A DNA stretch of 50,887 nt, from positions 9,592 through 60,478 of the forward strand of contig NZ_DAINDI010000011.1 in NCBI RefSeq assembly GCF_036731945.1, in the 5' to 3' direction. Both the position numbers and the translations under genes were made by a program. The stretch is from Psychrobacter sp. Lineage in GTDB: Bacteria; Pseudomonadota; Gammaproteobacteria; Pseudomonadales; Moraxellaceae. Position 1 is the first letter of the stretch, and every line of letters starts with the position of its first letter. This document shows, in pieces, positions 17,792 through 27,613 of this stretch. The notes beneath the pieces are model-generated. The model was not told the DNA's origin. It did no database searches and saw nothing but the letters and a program-made list of their open reading frames with translations.

Positions 17792-19456
17792 TTACGAGTT
17801 TCTACCACGGTTGCCGCCTGTTGGACGACCTTGACCACGGCTGTCAGAGCGATTCGCTGGGCGACCTTGGCTGCCACTTGGACGACCGCGACCGGTTGCA
17901 GCGCGATCACCACGTGGTGCGCTGGTACCGTCACCACGGCTAGGCGCGCCTGTGCGTTTGCCTTGATAGGGTTTGCCACCTGAGCGCTCACTTGGTTTGC
18001 CTTGATAGCCGCTGTCATTGCTGGCGCGTTGACCAGTCGGCGCGCTGTCGCTTGAGCGACCACGGCCTTGACCATTACCGCCGCCGTTTGAACGACCTGC
18101 ATAACCGCCTGCTGAACGACCACGGCCTTGACCACCGCCGTTAGAGCGTCCGCGACCACGGCCACGACCATTACCTTTGTTTTCGCTCGGTACATAAGTC
18201 TTCTTAGGTTCCATACCTTCGATAACACAGACTTCCATTTTGCGATCTAAGTAACGGTTGATAGCGTTTAGCTGTGGACGATCATCCATGCTACATAAGC
18301 TGATAGCAATACCAGTACGACCAGCACGGCCACAACGACCGATACGGTGGACGTAATCTTCGGTTTGACGTGGCAAGTCATAGTTAATAACGTGTGAGAT
18401 CGCTGGTACATCAAGACCGCGAGCAGCAACGTCGGTCGCTACTAGGATTTTAACCTTGCCATTACGTAAGTCTTGTACGATACGGTTACGCTTGCTCTGC
18501 GGCAAATCGCCATGTAAGAAACTGGCTTTATGACCCGCTTCTTGCAGCTGTTTGGCCAATTTTTCCGTACTACGTTTAGTCGCTGCAAAAATAATGATTT
18601 GTTCCATATCTTTGTCACAAACAACTTTATCAAGCAAACGGTTTTTATGATCAAAATCATCACAGTAGTATACTTTTTCTTCGATATGTGCCGATTCAAC
18701 TTTGATTGATACGCGCTCAGGATTTTTGGTGAAGCTCGCCGCAATCTTGCCAACAGGGCCATCCCAAGTCGCTGAACACATGATGGTTTGACGATTATCA
18801 GGAGCCGCTTTCAAGATATCGTTGATATCATCAGCAAAACCCATGTCTAGCATGCGGTCAGCTTCATCAAGTACCAAAACTTCAAGATTTGATAAATCAA
18901 CGCGACCCGCTTTGATATGGTCAAGTAAACGACCAGGCGTCGCAACAATCACTTGAACGCCTTTTCTTAGTGCAGTAATCTGACCGTTGTATGGTGCGCC
19001 GCCGACTAATGGCACACAGAACAAACCGCGCATGTCTTTTGAATAGGTGCGAACGCTGTCATGTACTTGCTGAGCAAGCTCACGCGTTGGCGTTAAGATA
19101 AGGGCTTTGGTTAATTTGTCAAAGCTAGTGGCACGGCTTAAACGGTCAAGTACTGGGATAACAAATGCCGCAGTTTTACCACTACCGGTTTGCGCTGACA
19201 ATAATAAGTCGCGACCCGCTAGAGCAAAAGGAATGGCTTGTTCTTGAATAGGTGTTGGGTTGGTATAGCCGACGCGATCAAGCGCGGTTAAAATCGGCTT
19301 GGCAATATCAAGGTCGCTAAAAGTGATTTTATTTTCTTCAGCAGCGTCAGTAGTAGCCGCTTGATTATTGGTATCAGCAGTTGTAGTTGTGTTTGGGGTG
19401 TCAGTGCTGTCGATGATGCCGTTTTCAGCGGCGATAGCAGATAAGATGTCAGTCAT
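17792..19456 (-). CDS. DEAD-box RNA helicase with Arg/Gly-rich C-terminal tail
   Basis: Q motif (PTPIQ), AQTGSGKT, PTRELA, TPGRLLD, DEAD, SAT, ARGLD, HRIGRCGRAG. Confidence 0.95.
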   Translation of the reverse strand: MTDILSAIAAENGIIDSTDTPNTTTTADTNNQAATTDAAEENKITFSDLDIAKPILTALDRVGYTNPTPIQEQAIPFALAGRDLLLSAQTGSGKTAAFVIPVLDRLSRATSFDKLTKALILTPTRELAQQVHDSVRTYSKDMRGLFCVPLVGGAPYNGQITALRKGVQVIVATPGRLLDHIKAGRVDLSNLEVLVLDEADRMLDMGFADDINDILKAAPDNRQTIMCSATWDGPVGKIAASFTKNPERVSIKVESAHIEEKVYYCDDFDHKNRLLDKVVCDKDMEQIIIFAATKRSTEKLAKQLQEAGHKASFLHGDLPQSKRNRIVQDLRNGKVKILVATDVAARGLDVPAISHVINYDLPRQTEDYVHRIGRCGRAGRTGIAISLCSMDDRPQLNAINRYLDRKMEVCVIEGMEPKKTYVPSENKGNGRGRGRGRSNGGGQGRGRSAGGYAGRSNGGGNGQGRGRSSDSAPTGQRASNDSGYQGKPSERSGGKPYQGKRTGAPSRGDGTSAPRGDRAATGRGRPSGSQGRPANRSDSRGQGRPTGGNRGRNS

Positions 19457-20075
19457 AGTAATCCTTGGTAAGTATAAGCTGCTGTAAATTCAGCAAGCTT
19501 GATGCATACCACTGATAACCGTTCATCACGCCGCATTTATACAATTATTGTCTCACCTTAAAAAGGCTTAACAATCAAAAGCCAAGCTATAAAGCTTGTC
19601 CATATTATAAAGGCGTTCGTGCTGTCTGACGTATTTTGGTGGTAGTGCCGAGTGTCTTATCCTTGTTTGCTAAAAGCGCATTATCAATGCTTTGTCCAAA
19701 GCAGATAAAGGCTGGTAACAACCAATCTAACCGATATAGCGGTCAGTAGATAAGATATGAGTCAAAAATAACGGATTTTTCACTATTAATAGAAAAGGTT
19801 ATTTAAGTACACAAAATCATCGGCAACAATTACTTATGGTCATCCTAGACCCAAAATCGCAGGCGATGTTATCAATCTCATAATTCACGCTAGTCTATGC
19901 TAACGTGGCGACGCAGTATAGCACAACATAAAAGCAAACAGTACCTATTTTTCTGTTTATGATAAAAATAGGTCATATCTCAAAAAATTTAGGCGTAAAA
20001 ACCGCTGCGCCAGTCTCTAACACAGCCGCTTCAACGCCTTTATCTTTAATACAATAATTTCTAACGTGCGCGAAA

Positions 20076-21152
20076 TTAACGCGACATTTTCACTTCCGTC
20101 ACATAGGTTGGCAGTTGCCAAGCGCCGCCCGCCTCTATCAGTCGGCACATACCTGTGGTGCTTTCATGACTTTTCTCAAACGCTGTGCCTGTCCAGATCC
20201 ACTCACTTTTAGTTAGGCAGTCACCAAGCCCGCGACCTTTTTGCACTGAGGTTATTTTGCCATTGCTATAATCGGTTGCACTGGTGGTCACCAATGTCGG
20301 CTTATAAGGCTTACTGTCATTGAGTACCCAAACGCCCGTACCCGTGTTATAAGCGCCCGTCCAACAATCATGCTGAGCGAGGAGCTGCTTACTATTTAGA
20401 CGGCTGACGCGCCACGCTGTCTTATCCGCCAAGTTTGGGCATTCAGTGTTGACATCTTTCATGGTGGTTTTCATCATCTCTGCCAACTGCGATGAGCGCA
20501 TGGCAAATTTTTTCTTACTACTAGAGAGGGCGTTAGGATTAGGAGTGACCAGTCGTAGTGAAGGAGCGGCTTGCGGCGATAAGATGCCACTATTAGATTT
20601 ACTGGTGTTATTGCTAATAAAAGCGCTTGAAGTCCCTACTCGGCCTTGAGCTTCGTCGGCTTTGAGCATCACTGCACTGGCCCCTTTATCCGATAACTGC
20701 CAGCGCGTATTGCGAATCACCAGCTCAATTTTGCTGGATTTGGTCAAGGCATCGAGCAGCGCGCTCACCTGCGCTGAGGTTAGCTCGGCATGACCTGCGG
20801 CTACTGAGTAAGGCTTGGTTTCTCCATAATCTCTATCATTAATAAACAGCGAGATACGATGGCGATTACCAAGCTGCATCAGCGCTTTAGCAGAGCTTTC
20901 TTTGGCACCGCCAAGCTTTACTTTGCCATCGACGGTAGCATTCGCTCCTGCGCGGCGCACCAATAATAAAGACACAGGTAAATCGCTATTATTCTCCGCT
21001 TGGTAACCTGCCAGCCGGCAAGTACGGGTATTGTCGCAAGCGACTTCCCAGTCTTGATTACTAAAGCTTACAGGCGTGGCAGCCTGCGTCACGGAACTCA
21101 ATAAAGCGGCGCTAAGGGCAGCAAATAACGGTAGTATCATTTTTTTTGTCAT
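20076..21152 (-). CDS. DUF1176-family exported protein
   Basis: FSNQDWEVACDNTRTCRLAGY, CWTGAYNTG, KGRGLGDC, WIWTG..F, GGAWQLPT. The signal peptide places the start at 21152 rather than 21338. Confidence 0.85.
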   Translation of the reverse strand: MTKKMILPLFAALSAALLSSVTQAATPVSFSNQDWEVACDNTRTCRLAGYQAENNSDLPVSLLLVRRAGANATVDGKVKLGGAKESSAKALMQLGNRHRISLFINDRDYGETKPYSVAAGHAELTSAQVSALLDALTKSSKIELVIRNTRWQLSDKGASAVMLKADEAQGRVGTSSAFISNNTSKSNSGILSPQAAPSLRLVTPNPNALSSSKKKFAMRSSQLAEMMKTTMKDVNTECPNLADKTAWRVSRLNSKQLLAQHDCWTGAYNTGTGVWVLNDSKPYKPTLVTTSATDYSNGKITSVQKGRGLGDCLTKSEWIWTGTAFEKSHESTTGMCRLIEAGGAWQLPTYVTEVKMSR

Positions 21153-21508
21153 GAATAAAGGCAACTTTTTTATTTTTATCAAAATGTTTTTTCTATGCGG
21201 ATTGTTTTTGCTAGGAGCATTGTCTGTTAGCAGACTACATGCGCGATGGGATTGACGAGTGAATGGTGAAGGTAGAAAAACCATCTCATTGAATAGAGGC
21301 AGTGGTATAGGCTGAGTTTTATTCTTCTTCATAGTCATTACTCATTAATAGAAGAAATATCAACACCTGCCCAAGAAGGCGGTGGCTGCTATCTTAACGT
21401 ACTAATGTTTCTATCTGTTATACTAATGTACCATTATGTAAAGACGAAAGTATAGTCAAAAAGCGATATATCGATAAATATATTTGGAATAACAGATATT
21501 AAGAAAGC

Positions 21509-21543
21509 AAAAGGTTAACAAGCAATGGCTTATTAACCTTTTT
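21509..21543 (-). terminator. Terminator downstream of yghU
   Basis: AAAAGGTTAACAAGC-AATG-GCTTATTAACCTTTT(T) imperfect hairpin. Confidence 0.65.
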
Positions 21544-21599
21544 ATGAAAACTTATGTTTTGCTACGACTATTTAAATATAAACTGATAAAGTTAAACCT

Positions 21600-22478
21600 T
21601 TAAACAATAGGCTTTAATTCTAACTCTACGGCGCGTTTTACCGCTGGACGGTCGGCGATTTTTTGTGCCCATCGTTTGACGTTTTTATAATCATCTACCT
21701 GTAAAAATTCTGCCGCATCATAAAGCTTGCCCAGCGCCAGCTGACCGTACCATGCCCAGATAATCATATCAGCGATATTATAGTCCGCCTCCTCATTACC
21801 GCACATATACTCATGGTCTTTGAGATGCTTATCTAGCACATCAAGCTGGCGTTTGGTCTCCATCGTATAGCGATTGATAGGATACTCTAGCGGTTCGGGC
21901 GCATAGGCGTAGAAATGCCCAAAACCGCCACCTAAAAACGGCGCACTACCCATCTGCCACATCAGCCAAGACAAACAGTCGGCGCGCGCTTTACCTTGCT
22001 GCATCGGGATAAATTTGCCAAACTTTTCCGCTAAATGTAATAAAATAGCCCCCGACTCGAAAAGCGCAATAGGCTCGCCAGCATTTTTATCATTTAAAGC
22101 ATCAGTATAATCAACCAGCGCCGGGATTTTAGAATTGGGGTTGATAGCGACAAACCCTGAGCCAAACTGATCGCCCGCAGAGATGTCAATTTGATAGGCG
22201 TCATATTCAGCGCCTTTAATATTGAGCTCAGCCAGCTCTTCCAACAGGATATTTACTTTGACGCCATTCGGGGTATTTAGTGAATACAGTTGTAAAGGTG
22301 CCTCGCCAACGGGCAGTTTTTGCTCATGGCGCGCGCCAGCCGTTGGGCGATTGATACTGGCGAACTTACCACCATTTTCGCTGTCGTTTTTCCATACTTT
22401 AGGTGGCTTATAGGCATTGGTATGGTTGTTTTGAATGTCGTTTTGGATATTGCTTGATTGGTTATTATCACTACTCAT
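21600..22478 (-). CDS. yghU: Glutathione-dependent disulfide-bond oxidoreductase YghU (Nu-class GST)
   Basis: YKPPKVW, GGKFASINRPTAGA, LYSLNTPNGVKV, NPNSKIPAL, WQMGSAPFLGGGFGHFY. AGGA RBS before ATG at 22478. Confidence 0.92.
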   Translation of the reverse strand: MSSDNNQSSNIQNDIQNNHTNAYKPPKVWKNDSENGGKFASINRPTAGARHEQKLPVGEAPLQLYSLNTPNGVKVNILLEELAELNIKGAEYDAYQIDISAGDQFGSGFVAINPNSKIPALVDYTDALNDKNAGEPIALFESGAILLHLAEKFGKFIPMQQGKARADCLSWLMWQMGSAPFLGGGFGHFYAYAPEPLEYPINRYTMETKRQLDVLDKHLKDHEYMCGNEEADYNIADMIIWAWYGQLALGKLYDAAEFLQVDDYKNVKRWAQKIADRPAVKRAVELELKPIV

Positions 22479-22849
22479 AATACTTCCTATTTTTATTTTT
22501 CTATAAAAGAGAGCCAGTAGAATTGAATTGATATGATTTTTGCAGCATCTATCGCCGTAAGCATAGCCAGCCAAGAAAATTTTTATCATTCCCGCCTCAT
22601 CATATATGACAATTCTACTATAGCAAATCTTCAGTTAAAGCCCTGTCTTGTAACCTATTTTTAAAAGTAACGAGCAGGAATAGCAAAGCGTTTGAGGGCA
22701 AACTTCTAATAACTGCGTGCATACCGTTACTTTGCTACTCTTTAACTCATAGTCGGTTGTTTTTATACTACCCCAACTTAACGGCTTTTTAGAGATGGTC
22801 TTAACAACAGAAGTCAAAAGATGAGGTCAAAAAACATGGTGATGACAAT

Positions 22850-24223
22850 ATGGTAACCCTAACCCCAACGCAAGATAAATACCTACCCTATGTCTTGGCG
22901 GTGGCGCTATTTATGCAGATTTTAGATGCTACCATCTTAAACACCTCTTTGCCGCAAATGGCGCAAGCCCTTGGCGAGTCACCATTAAAAATGCAGTGGG
23001 CAGTCATCAGCTACGCGCTAACCTTGGCGATTTTTATTCCTATCAGCGGCTTTTTGGCTGATAAATATGGCACGCGGCGGGTGTTTTTATATGCCGTGAT
23101 CATCTTTTGTATCGGCTCACTATTGTGTGCTGCCTCCCCAACGTTGAATTTATTGATTGGTTCGCGCGTCATCCAAGGTATTGGTGGTGCGATGATGACC
23201 CCTGTGGCGCGTCTCATATTGGTCAAATCTTATCCGCGCAATAAGCTGTTAACCGTGATGAACTTTGCGGTGATACCCGCATTAATCGCGCCCTTAGTTG
23301 GGCCAGTATTGGGCGGTTATATCGTGCAATATACCAGCTGGCATTGGATATTTCTCATCAATATCCCGATGGGTATATTTGGTTTTATCATGGGTAAAAA
23401 ACTGGTACCGGCATTATTTGAAGATACCAAGCGTTTAGATTGGACGGGTTTTGCTTTATTTGCCGCCGCTGCTTGTGGATTTACTTTGGCGGTCGAGTTT
23501 GGCTCGCAGACCGGGCGCGGGTTTTACGGTTTGCTGCTCGCACTCGGCGCCAGCATCTTGATAGGCGCTTATGTGTGGCATGCCAAACGCCGTGCAGCGC
23601 CATTATTTCCACTAAGTTTGTTTAATATTCGCACCTTTCGTATCGGTATTACTGGCAACCTATTCACTCGCTTAGGCATCAGTGCCGTGCCCTTTTTATT
23701 GCCGCTGTTGCTACAAGTGGTGTTTGAATACTCACCGTCGCAAGCAGGTTGGCTGCTTGCGCCTATTGCCGTTGGTGCAATCGGTATCAAGCCTTGGGTC
23801 AGTAAAATTATTCAGCGCTTTAGCTACCGCAAAGTGTTGGTGGCCAATACCTTTTTGATAGGCCTGCTTATTATTGTCTTAGCGCAGTTTAATGATGCGG
23901 CAAATTGGATTTGGTTTATCCCTATTTTGACCGTTATGGGCGCCTGTAACTCCATGCAGTTTAGCGCCATGAATACCATTACTATCGGTGATTTAGAGGG
24001 CGCGCAGACCAGTAGCGGTAACAGCTTAATGGCGGTCAATCAGCAATTGGCGATTAGCTTTGGTATCGCCTTTGGGGCGGCGGTCTTGAATCTACTGCGG
24101 GAGCGCTTCGAGCTTGATACTTTGGTCGCCTTTCAGACCTATTGGATACTGGGTATATTAACCATCCTTTCAGGTTTATACTTTTTACGCCTCAAACCTG
24201 AAGACGGTCGCGGCTTGTATTAA
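22850..24223 (+). CDS. MFS DHA2-type efflux transporter (HsrA/MdtD-like)
   Basis: FMQILDATILNTSLP, GFLADKYGTRR (motif A), RVIQGIGGAMMTPVARL, WHWIFLINIPMG. Confidence 0.9.
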   Translation: MVTLTPTQDKYLPYVLAVALFMQILDATILNTSLPQMAQALGESPLKMQWAVISYALTLAIFIPISGFLADKYGTRRVFLYAVIIFCIGSLLCAASPTLNLLIGSRVIQGIGGAMMTPVARLILVKSYPRNKLLTVMNFAVIPALIAPLVGPVLGGYIVQYTSWHWIFLINIPMGIFGFIMGKKLVPALFEDTKRLDWTGFALFAAAACGFTLAVEFGSQTGRGFYGLLLALGASILIGAYVWHAKRRAAPLFPLSLFNIRTFRIGITGNLFTRLGISAVPFLLPLLLQVVFEYSPSQAGWLLAPIAVGAIGIKPWVSKIIQRFSYRKVLVANTFLIGLLIIVLAQFNDAANWIWFIPILTVMGACNSMQFSAMNTITIGDLEGAQTSSGNSLMAVNQQLAISFGIAFGAAVLNLLRERFELDTLVAFQTYWILGILTILSGLYFLRLKPEDGRGLY

Positions 24224-24290
24224 GTTACTGGTATTAAAAAATACTTATCTCTAAAAGTAACAGACATTAAAAAAGCATTAAACATAAAAA

Positions 24291-24345
24291 TGCCAGCGTA
24301 ACCTAAAATCAGTTAATCTAAAACTCATTTTAGGTTACGCTGGCA
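24291..24345. terminator. Long hairpin between the convergent MFS and bacterioferritin genes
   Basis: Perfect 19-bp inverted repeat TGCCAGCGTAACCTAAAAT / ATTTTAGGTTACGCTGGCA, preceded by an A5 run (T tail on the minus strand). Confidence 0.75.
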
Positions 24346-24367
24346 AGTATCGGCAATTCTTATAACT

Positions 24368-24850
24368 TTAAGGCGTGTGGTCATCATCCATTTGTGACTG
24401 GATATAGTTTTCAATACCAACGTCTTTAATCAAGTCCTCTTGGGTTTCAAGCCAATCTTGATACTCTTCATTGCCATCTTTTAGGATAACCAATAAATGA
24501 CGCGAGACATAGTCGCGCTTGCTCTCACACAAGGTAATCGCATCAGTTATGATAGAAAACTTCTGCTTTTCTAAGCGCAAGTTGCAGTCAATCATTTCAG
24601 GCACATCTTCTGCGATGAACATTTTGCCGTAATCTTGCAGGTTTGGCAGACCGCCTAACAATAAAATACGCGCAATAAGGTCATCCGACCATTTCATCTC
24701 TGCAATAGATTGCTTATAGAAATTTTCGTTTAATGCCTCTAATCCCCAATGGCGGGCAATACGGGCGTGCAAAAAATACTGATTGATGGCGATTAATGAC
24801 TGACCGAGCACTTGATTGAGTGCGCGAATAACTTCTTTATCCCCTTTCAT
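24368..24850 (-). CDS. bfr: Bacterioferritin, heme-binding subunit (BfrB-type)
   Basis: MKGDKEVI..LN, AINQYFLHA, SIAEMKW (Met52 heme ligand present, His54 replaced), RILLLGGLPNLQ. GGAG RBS before ATG at 24850. Confidence 0.9.
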   Translation of the reverse strand: MKGDKEVIRALNQVLGQSLIAINQYFLHARIARHWGLEALNENFYKQSIAEMKWSDDLIARILLLGGLPNLQDYGKMFIAEDVPEMIDCNLRLEKQKFSIITDAITLCESKRDYVSRHLLVILKDGNEEYQDWLETQEDLIKDVGIENYIQSQMDDDHTP

Positions 24851-24920
24851 GCTGTTCTCCCTGTCCTGCTTACTCATTTATCAATTTAATATTCGTGAAA
24901 ACTGCTTAATATATAAAATA

Positions 24921-25409
24921 CTAAACAATATCAGGAGACACTTCCGCCATCTGGCTTTGTAAATAATTGGGCAGACCAACCATATCAATCAGGCGCAGCT
25001 GCTGCTCTAACCAATGGGCATGATCTTCTTCGGTGTCTTTGAGCTGCTCAACCAACATCTCACGCGTCACATAATCGTGCTCTGCTTCACAAAGCGCAAT
25101 ACCGTCTTTTAGATGCTGCTGTACTTGATATTCTAAGTCAAGGTCCAATTGCAGCATTTCAGGAACCGTTGCGCCAATATTAATCTCATTGACGCGCATC
25201 TTAGGCGTACCGCTTAACATCAAGATACGGCGGATAATCGCTTGCGCGTGCTGCGTTTCATCTTGCATCTCATGGTGGATACGGTCGTATAATTTACCGT
25301 AATGCCATTCTGCATACATCTCAGAATGAATGAAGTACTGATCACGAGCCGCAAGCTCGCCACCTAACAAAAAATTTAAATAATCAATGACCTTTTGGCT
25401 GCCTATCAT
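24921..25409 (-). CDS. bfr: Bacterioferritin, ferroxidase subunit (BfrA/FtnA-type)
   Basis: [38 protein letters not shown]. Ferroxidase ligands present, no Met52. Confidence 0.9.
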   Translation of the reverse strand: MIGSQKVIDYLNFLLGGELAARDQYFIHSEMYAEWHYGKLYDRIHHEMQDETQHAQAIIRRILMLSGTPKMRVNEINIGATVPEMLQLDLDLEYQVQQHLKDGIALCEAEHDYVTREMLVEQLKDTEEDHAHWLEQQLRLIDMVGLPNYLQSQMAEVSPDIV

Positions 25410-25884
25410 GACTCATACTCCTATATTTTTATTTGCCTACCAATACATTCACAATAATAGATATAGTTAAAGTACCATTCGTAAACTAATCAGTAAAGAT
25501 TAAAATCCATCAAACGTCTTACAAAGTTAGGCAGATATAGTAGCATAGGCACGCCGTAGCGCTTGTAACGATATGAACTAAGAATAAGATGCTAATTGAG
25601 AATTATAATTAACTCGCTTACACCAATAGCGTTTAGCGAGTAATCTTAATAGACGATTTATAAAGGCAAACAGAGATAGTTATAAAGTAGAGCCGCATTA
25701 GCCTTTTGAGTTATTTATCATCTTTTATAGTAATGGCTTTTAACTATAAATAACCATAAAAAGACGATTTGAACGTGGATAAAGGAAAATTAGCGGCTAA
25801 AACACTACAGATAGAGGGAAAACAGAAACGTGATTTGAGGGATTAGCAATAGAAGTGGATACAGGCAAATGTTTAAACTGTCTC

Positions 25885-26076
25885 TTAAACTGCGTAGGCC
25901 AGCGCATCAAGCTTGGCATGATGTTCGTCAAGAAAGTCATTGACCATAGGTTCGCAGCAGCCACAGCACGTCGCTACATCTAGAGTGTCTTTTAACCCTT
26001 CTAATGTGTCAATGCCTGAAGCAATGGCAGCTTTGATTTGTTTGTCTTTGACGTCGTTACAGATACATACGTACAT
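25885..26076 (-). CDS. bfd: Bacterioferritin-associated [2Fe-2S] ferredoxin
   Basis: MYVCICNDV...VATCCGCC. AGGAG RBS. Upstream of the bfr genes. Confidence 0.92.
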   Translation of the reverse strand: MYVCICNDVKDKQIKAAIASGIDTLEGLKDTLDVATCCGCCEPMVNDFLDEHHAKLDALAYAV

Positions 26077-26117
26077 GTGCGGCTCCTACTATGAATATCT
26101 AGCTGGTTATGCTTTAT

Positions 26118-26136
26118 AATAACGATAATTATTACC
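26118..26136. promoter_or_regulatory. Fur box upstream of bfd
   Basis: AATAACGATAATTATTACC matches GATAATGATAATCATTATC at 15 of 19 positions. Confidence 0.8.
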
Positions 26137-26362
26137 ATTTACAATAGTATTTGGTATATTTATCCGTCATATTAGGTACGGCTAAAAGATATATTACCCT
26201 AACTTTATCCATGTAACTGAATACAGTCTTAGGTGTAACCACAAAGTACCAAAGGTAGTAAAATGGCGACGAACTGTAAATCTGCTCATTTTTTAATCGA
26301 TTTTACCGTTAACTGCTGTTATATTGACCCCCTATTAACTAAATCTATATTGGAATTGTTCT

Positions 26363-26686
26363 ATGTCTAATAATAATTCTACGATACAGCCACTTGAGTT
26401 ATTTAAAGTCTTGTCTGACCCAACGCGCTTAAAGATTTTTCAAATCTTATTTAATAAAGAGTCGCGCTGTGTTGGTGAACTGGTAGAAATACTCGATCAG
26501 CCGCAGCCGACCATCTCGCGTCACTTAAATCATTTGAAAAAACTGGGCATTTTAAGCTGTGTTCGTGATGGGACGTGGATGTGGTATGAAGTGTCTGATG
26601 ATTTGCCAGAATGGTGCCAAGATATTTTAGAAATCACCTATAAGCAAATATCGACCAAAGATATCAATATGCCGAAGCCTGCTTAA
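26363..26686 (+). CDS. ArsR/SmtB-family transcriptional regulator
   Basis: FKVLSDPTRLKI, CVGEL, QPTISRHL..LK, R.GTWMWY, LPEW. Confidence 0.88.
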   Translation: MSNNNSTIQPLELFKVLSDPTRLKIFQILFNKESRCVGELVEILDQPQPTISRHLNHLKKLGILSCVRDGTWMWYEVSDDLPEWCQDILEITYKQISTKDINMPKPA

Positions 26687-26737
26687 TATTAAAAAGAAGC
26701 AGGTTGAGAAAGGCTAACAACAAATAATTAAGCACAT

Positions 26738-26768
26738 AAAAAAGACCTATCAATGATAGGTCTTTTTT
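26738..26768. terminator. Bidirectional intrinsic terminator (arsR / cysA)
   Basis: AAAAAAGACCTATC-AAT-GATAGGTCTTTTTT. Confidence 0.88.
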
Positions 26769-26821
26769 GTTTTCAAGCTTCGTTTTTAAGCACTGCCTTA
26801 AAATACGCCTTTAAGCCTAAA

Positions 26822-27544
26822 TTAGACTAAATCTAAAAAATCACTGACAAAGGCGTTTGCTGGCTGGTGAATCAGCTCCTCTGACGTCCCTACTTGCTCG
26901 ACGCGGCCCTGATTCATCACCACAATCTCATCCGATACCGCCCGCGCTTCTTCCTGGTCGTGGGTTACCATAATGCTCGTAATACCCAGCTCGTGGTGGA
27001 TATTTTTTAGCCAAGTGCGCAGCTCTTTACGTACCTTCGCATCTAGCGCGCCAAACGGTTCATCAAGTAATAATAATTTTGGCTTTACTGCCAAGGCTCG
27101 TGCCAGCGCAATACGCTGACGCTGACCACCTGACAACTGATGCGGATAAGCATTGGCAACTTGCGGCAGCTGCACCAAATCTAGCAATTCAGCAACGCGC
27201 TTATTGATATCCGCTTTACTCGGGCGCTCATTCTTCGGTAGCAAGGTTAAGCCAAAGCCGACATTATCGGCAATGTTTTTGTGGCGAAATAACGCATAGT
27301 GCTGAAACATAAAGCCGATATGGCGCTTTTGCACTGGCGTATTGGTGACATCGAGCTCATCAAATAATATCTGCCCAGAGTCCGCGTATTCTAAACCTGC
27401 AATGATACGCAGCAAGGTGGTTTTGCCGCAGCCTGACGGACCAAGCAACGTCGTCAACTTGCCCGTTGGTACGGTGATATTGATATCATCTAAGGCGGTA
27501 AAGTTACCGAATTTTTTATTAACGTTGCGAATCTCGATACTCAT
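26822..27544 (-). CDS. cysA: Sulfate ABC transporter ATP-binding protein (short form)
   Basis: [45 protein letters not shown]. In operon with cysT and cysW. Confidence 0.9.
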   Translation of the reverse strand: MSIEIRNVNKKFGNFTALDDINITVPTGKLTTLLGPSGCGKTTLLRIIAGLEYADSGQILFDELDVTNTPVQKRHIGFMFQHYALFRHKNIADNVGFGLTLLPKNERPSKADINKRVAELLDLVQLPQVANAYPHQLSGGQRQRIALARALAVKPKLLLLDEPFGALDAKVRKELRTWLKNIHHELGITSIMVTHDQEEARAVSDEIVVMNQGRVEQVGTSEELIHQPANAFVSDFLDLV

Positions 27545-27613
27545 AATGGGTTCTCTTATTATATTTTTGGCTTGGCCTATGCTTTTAGTGCCGACGGATT
27601 TGTAAAATAGCGC

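Noticed and set aside
17770..18228. 152-aa Val/Ala-rich ORF overlapping the helicase 3' end
   Set aside because: Alternative-frame shadow of the Arg/Gly-rich tail (GGT/CGT codons), with no independent coding signal.
21153..21338. N-terminal extension of the DUF1176 ORF (similar extensions at yghU, RhuM-Fic, cysW and the acyltransferase)
   Set aside because: Signal peptide, RBS or family N-terminus support the downstream starts. The extensions are longest-ORF artefacts.
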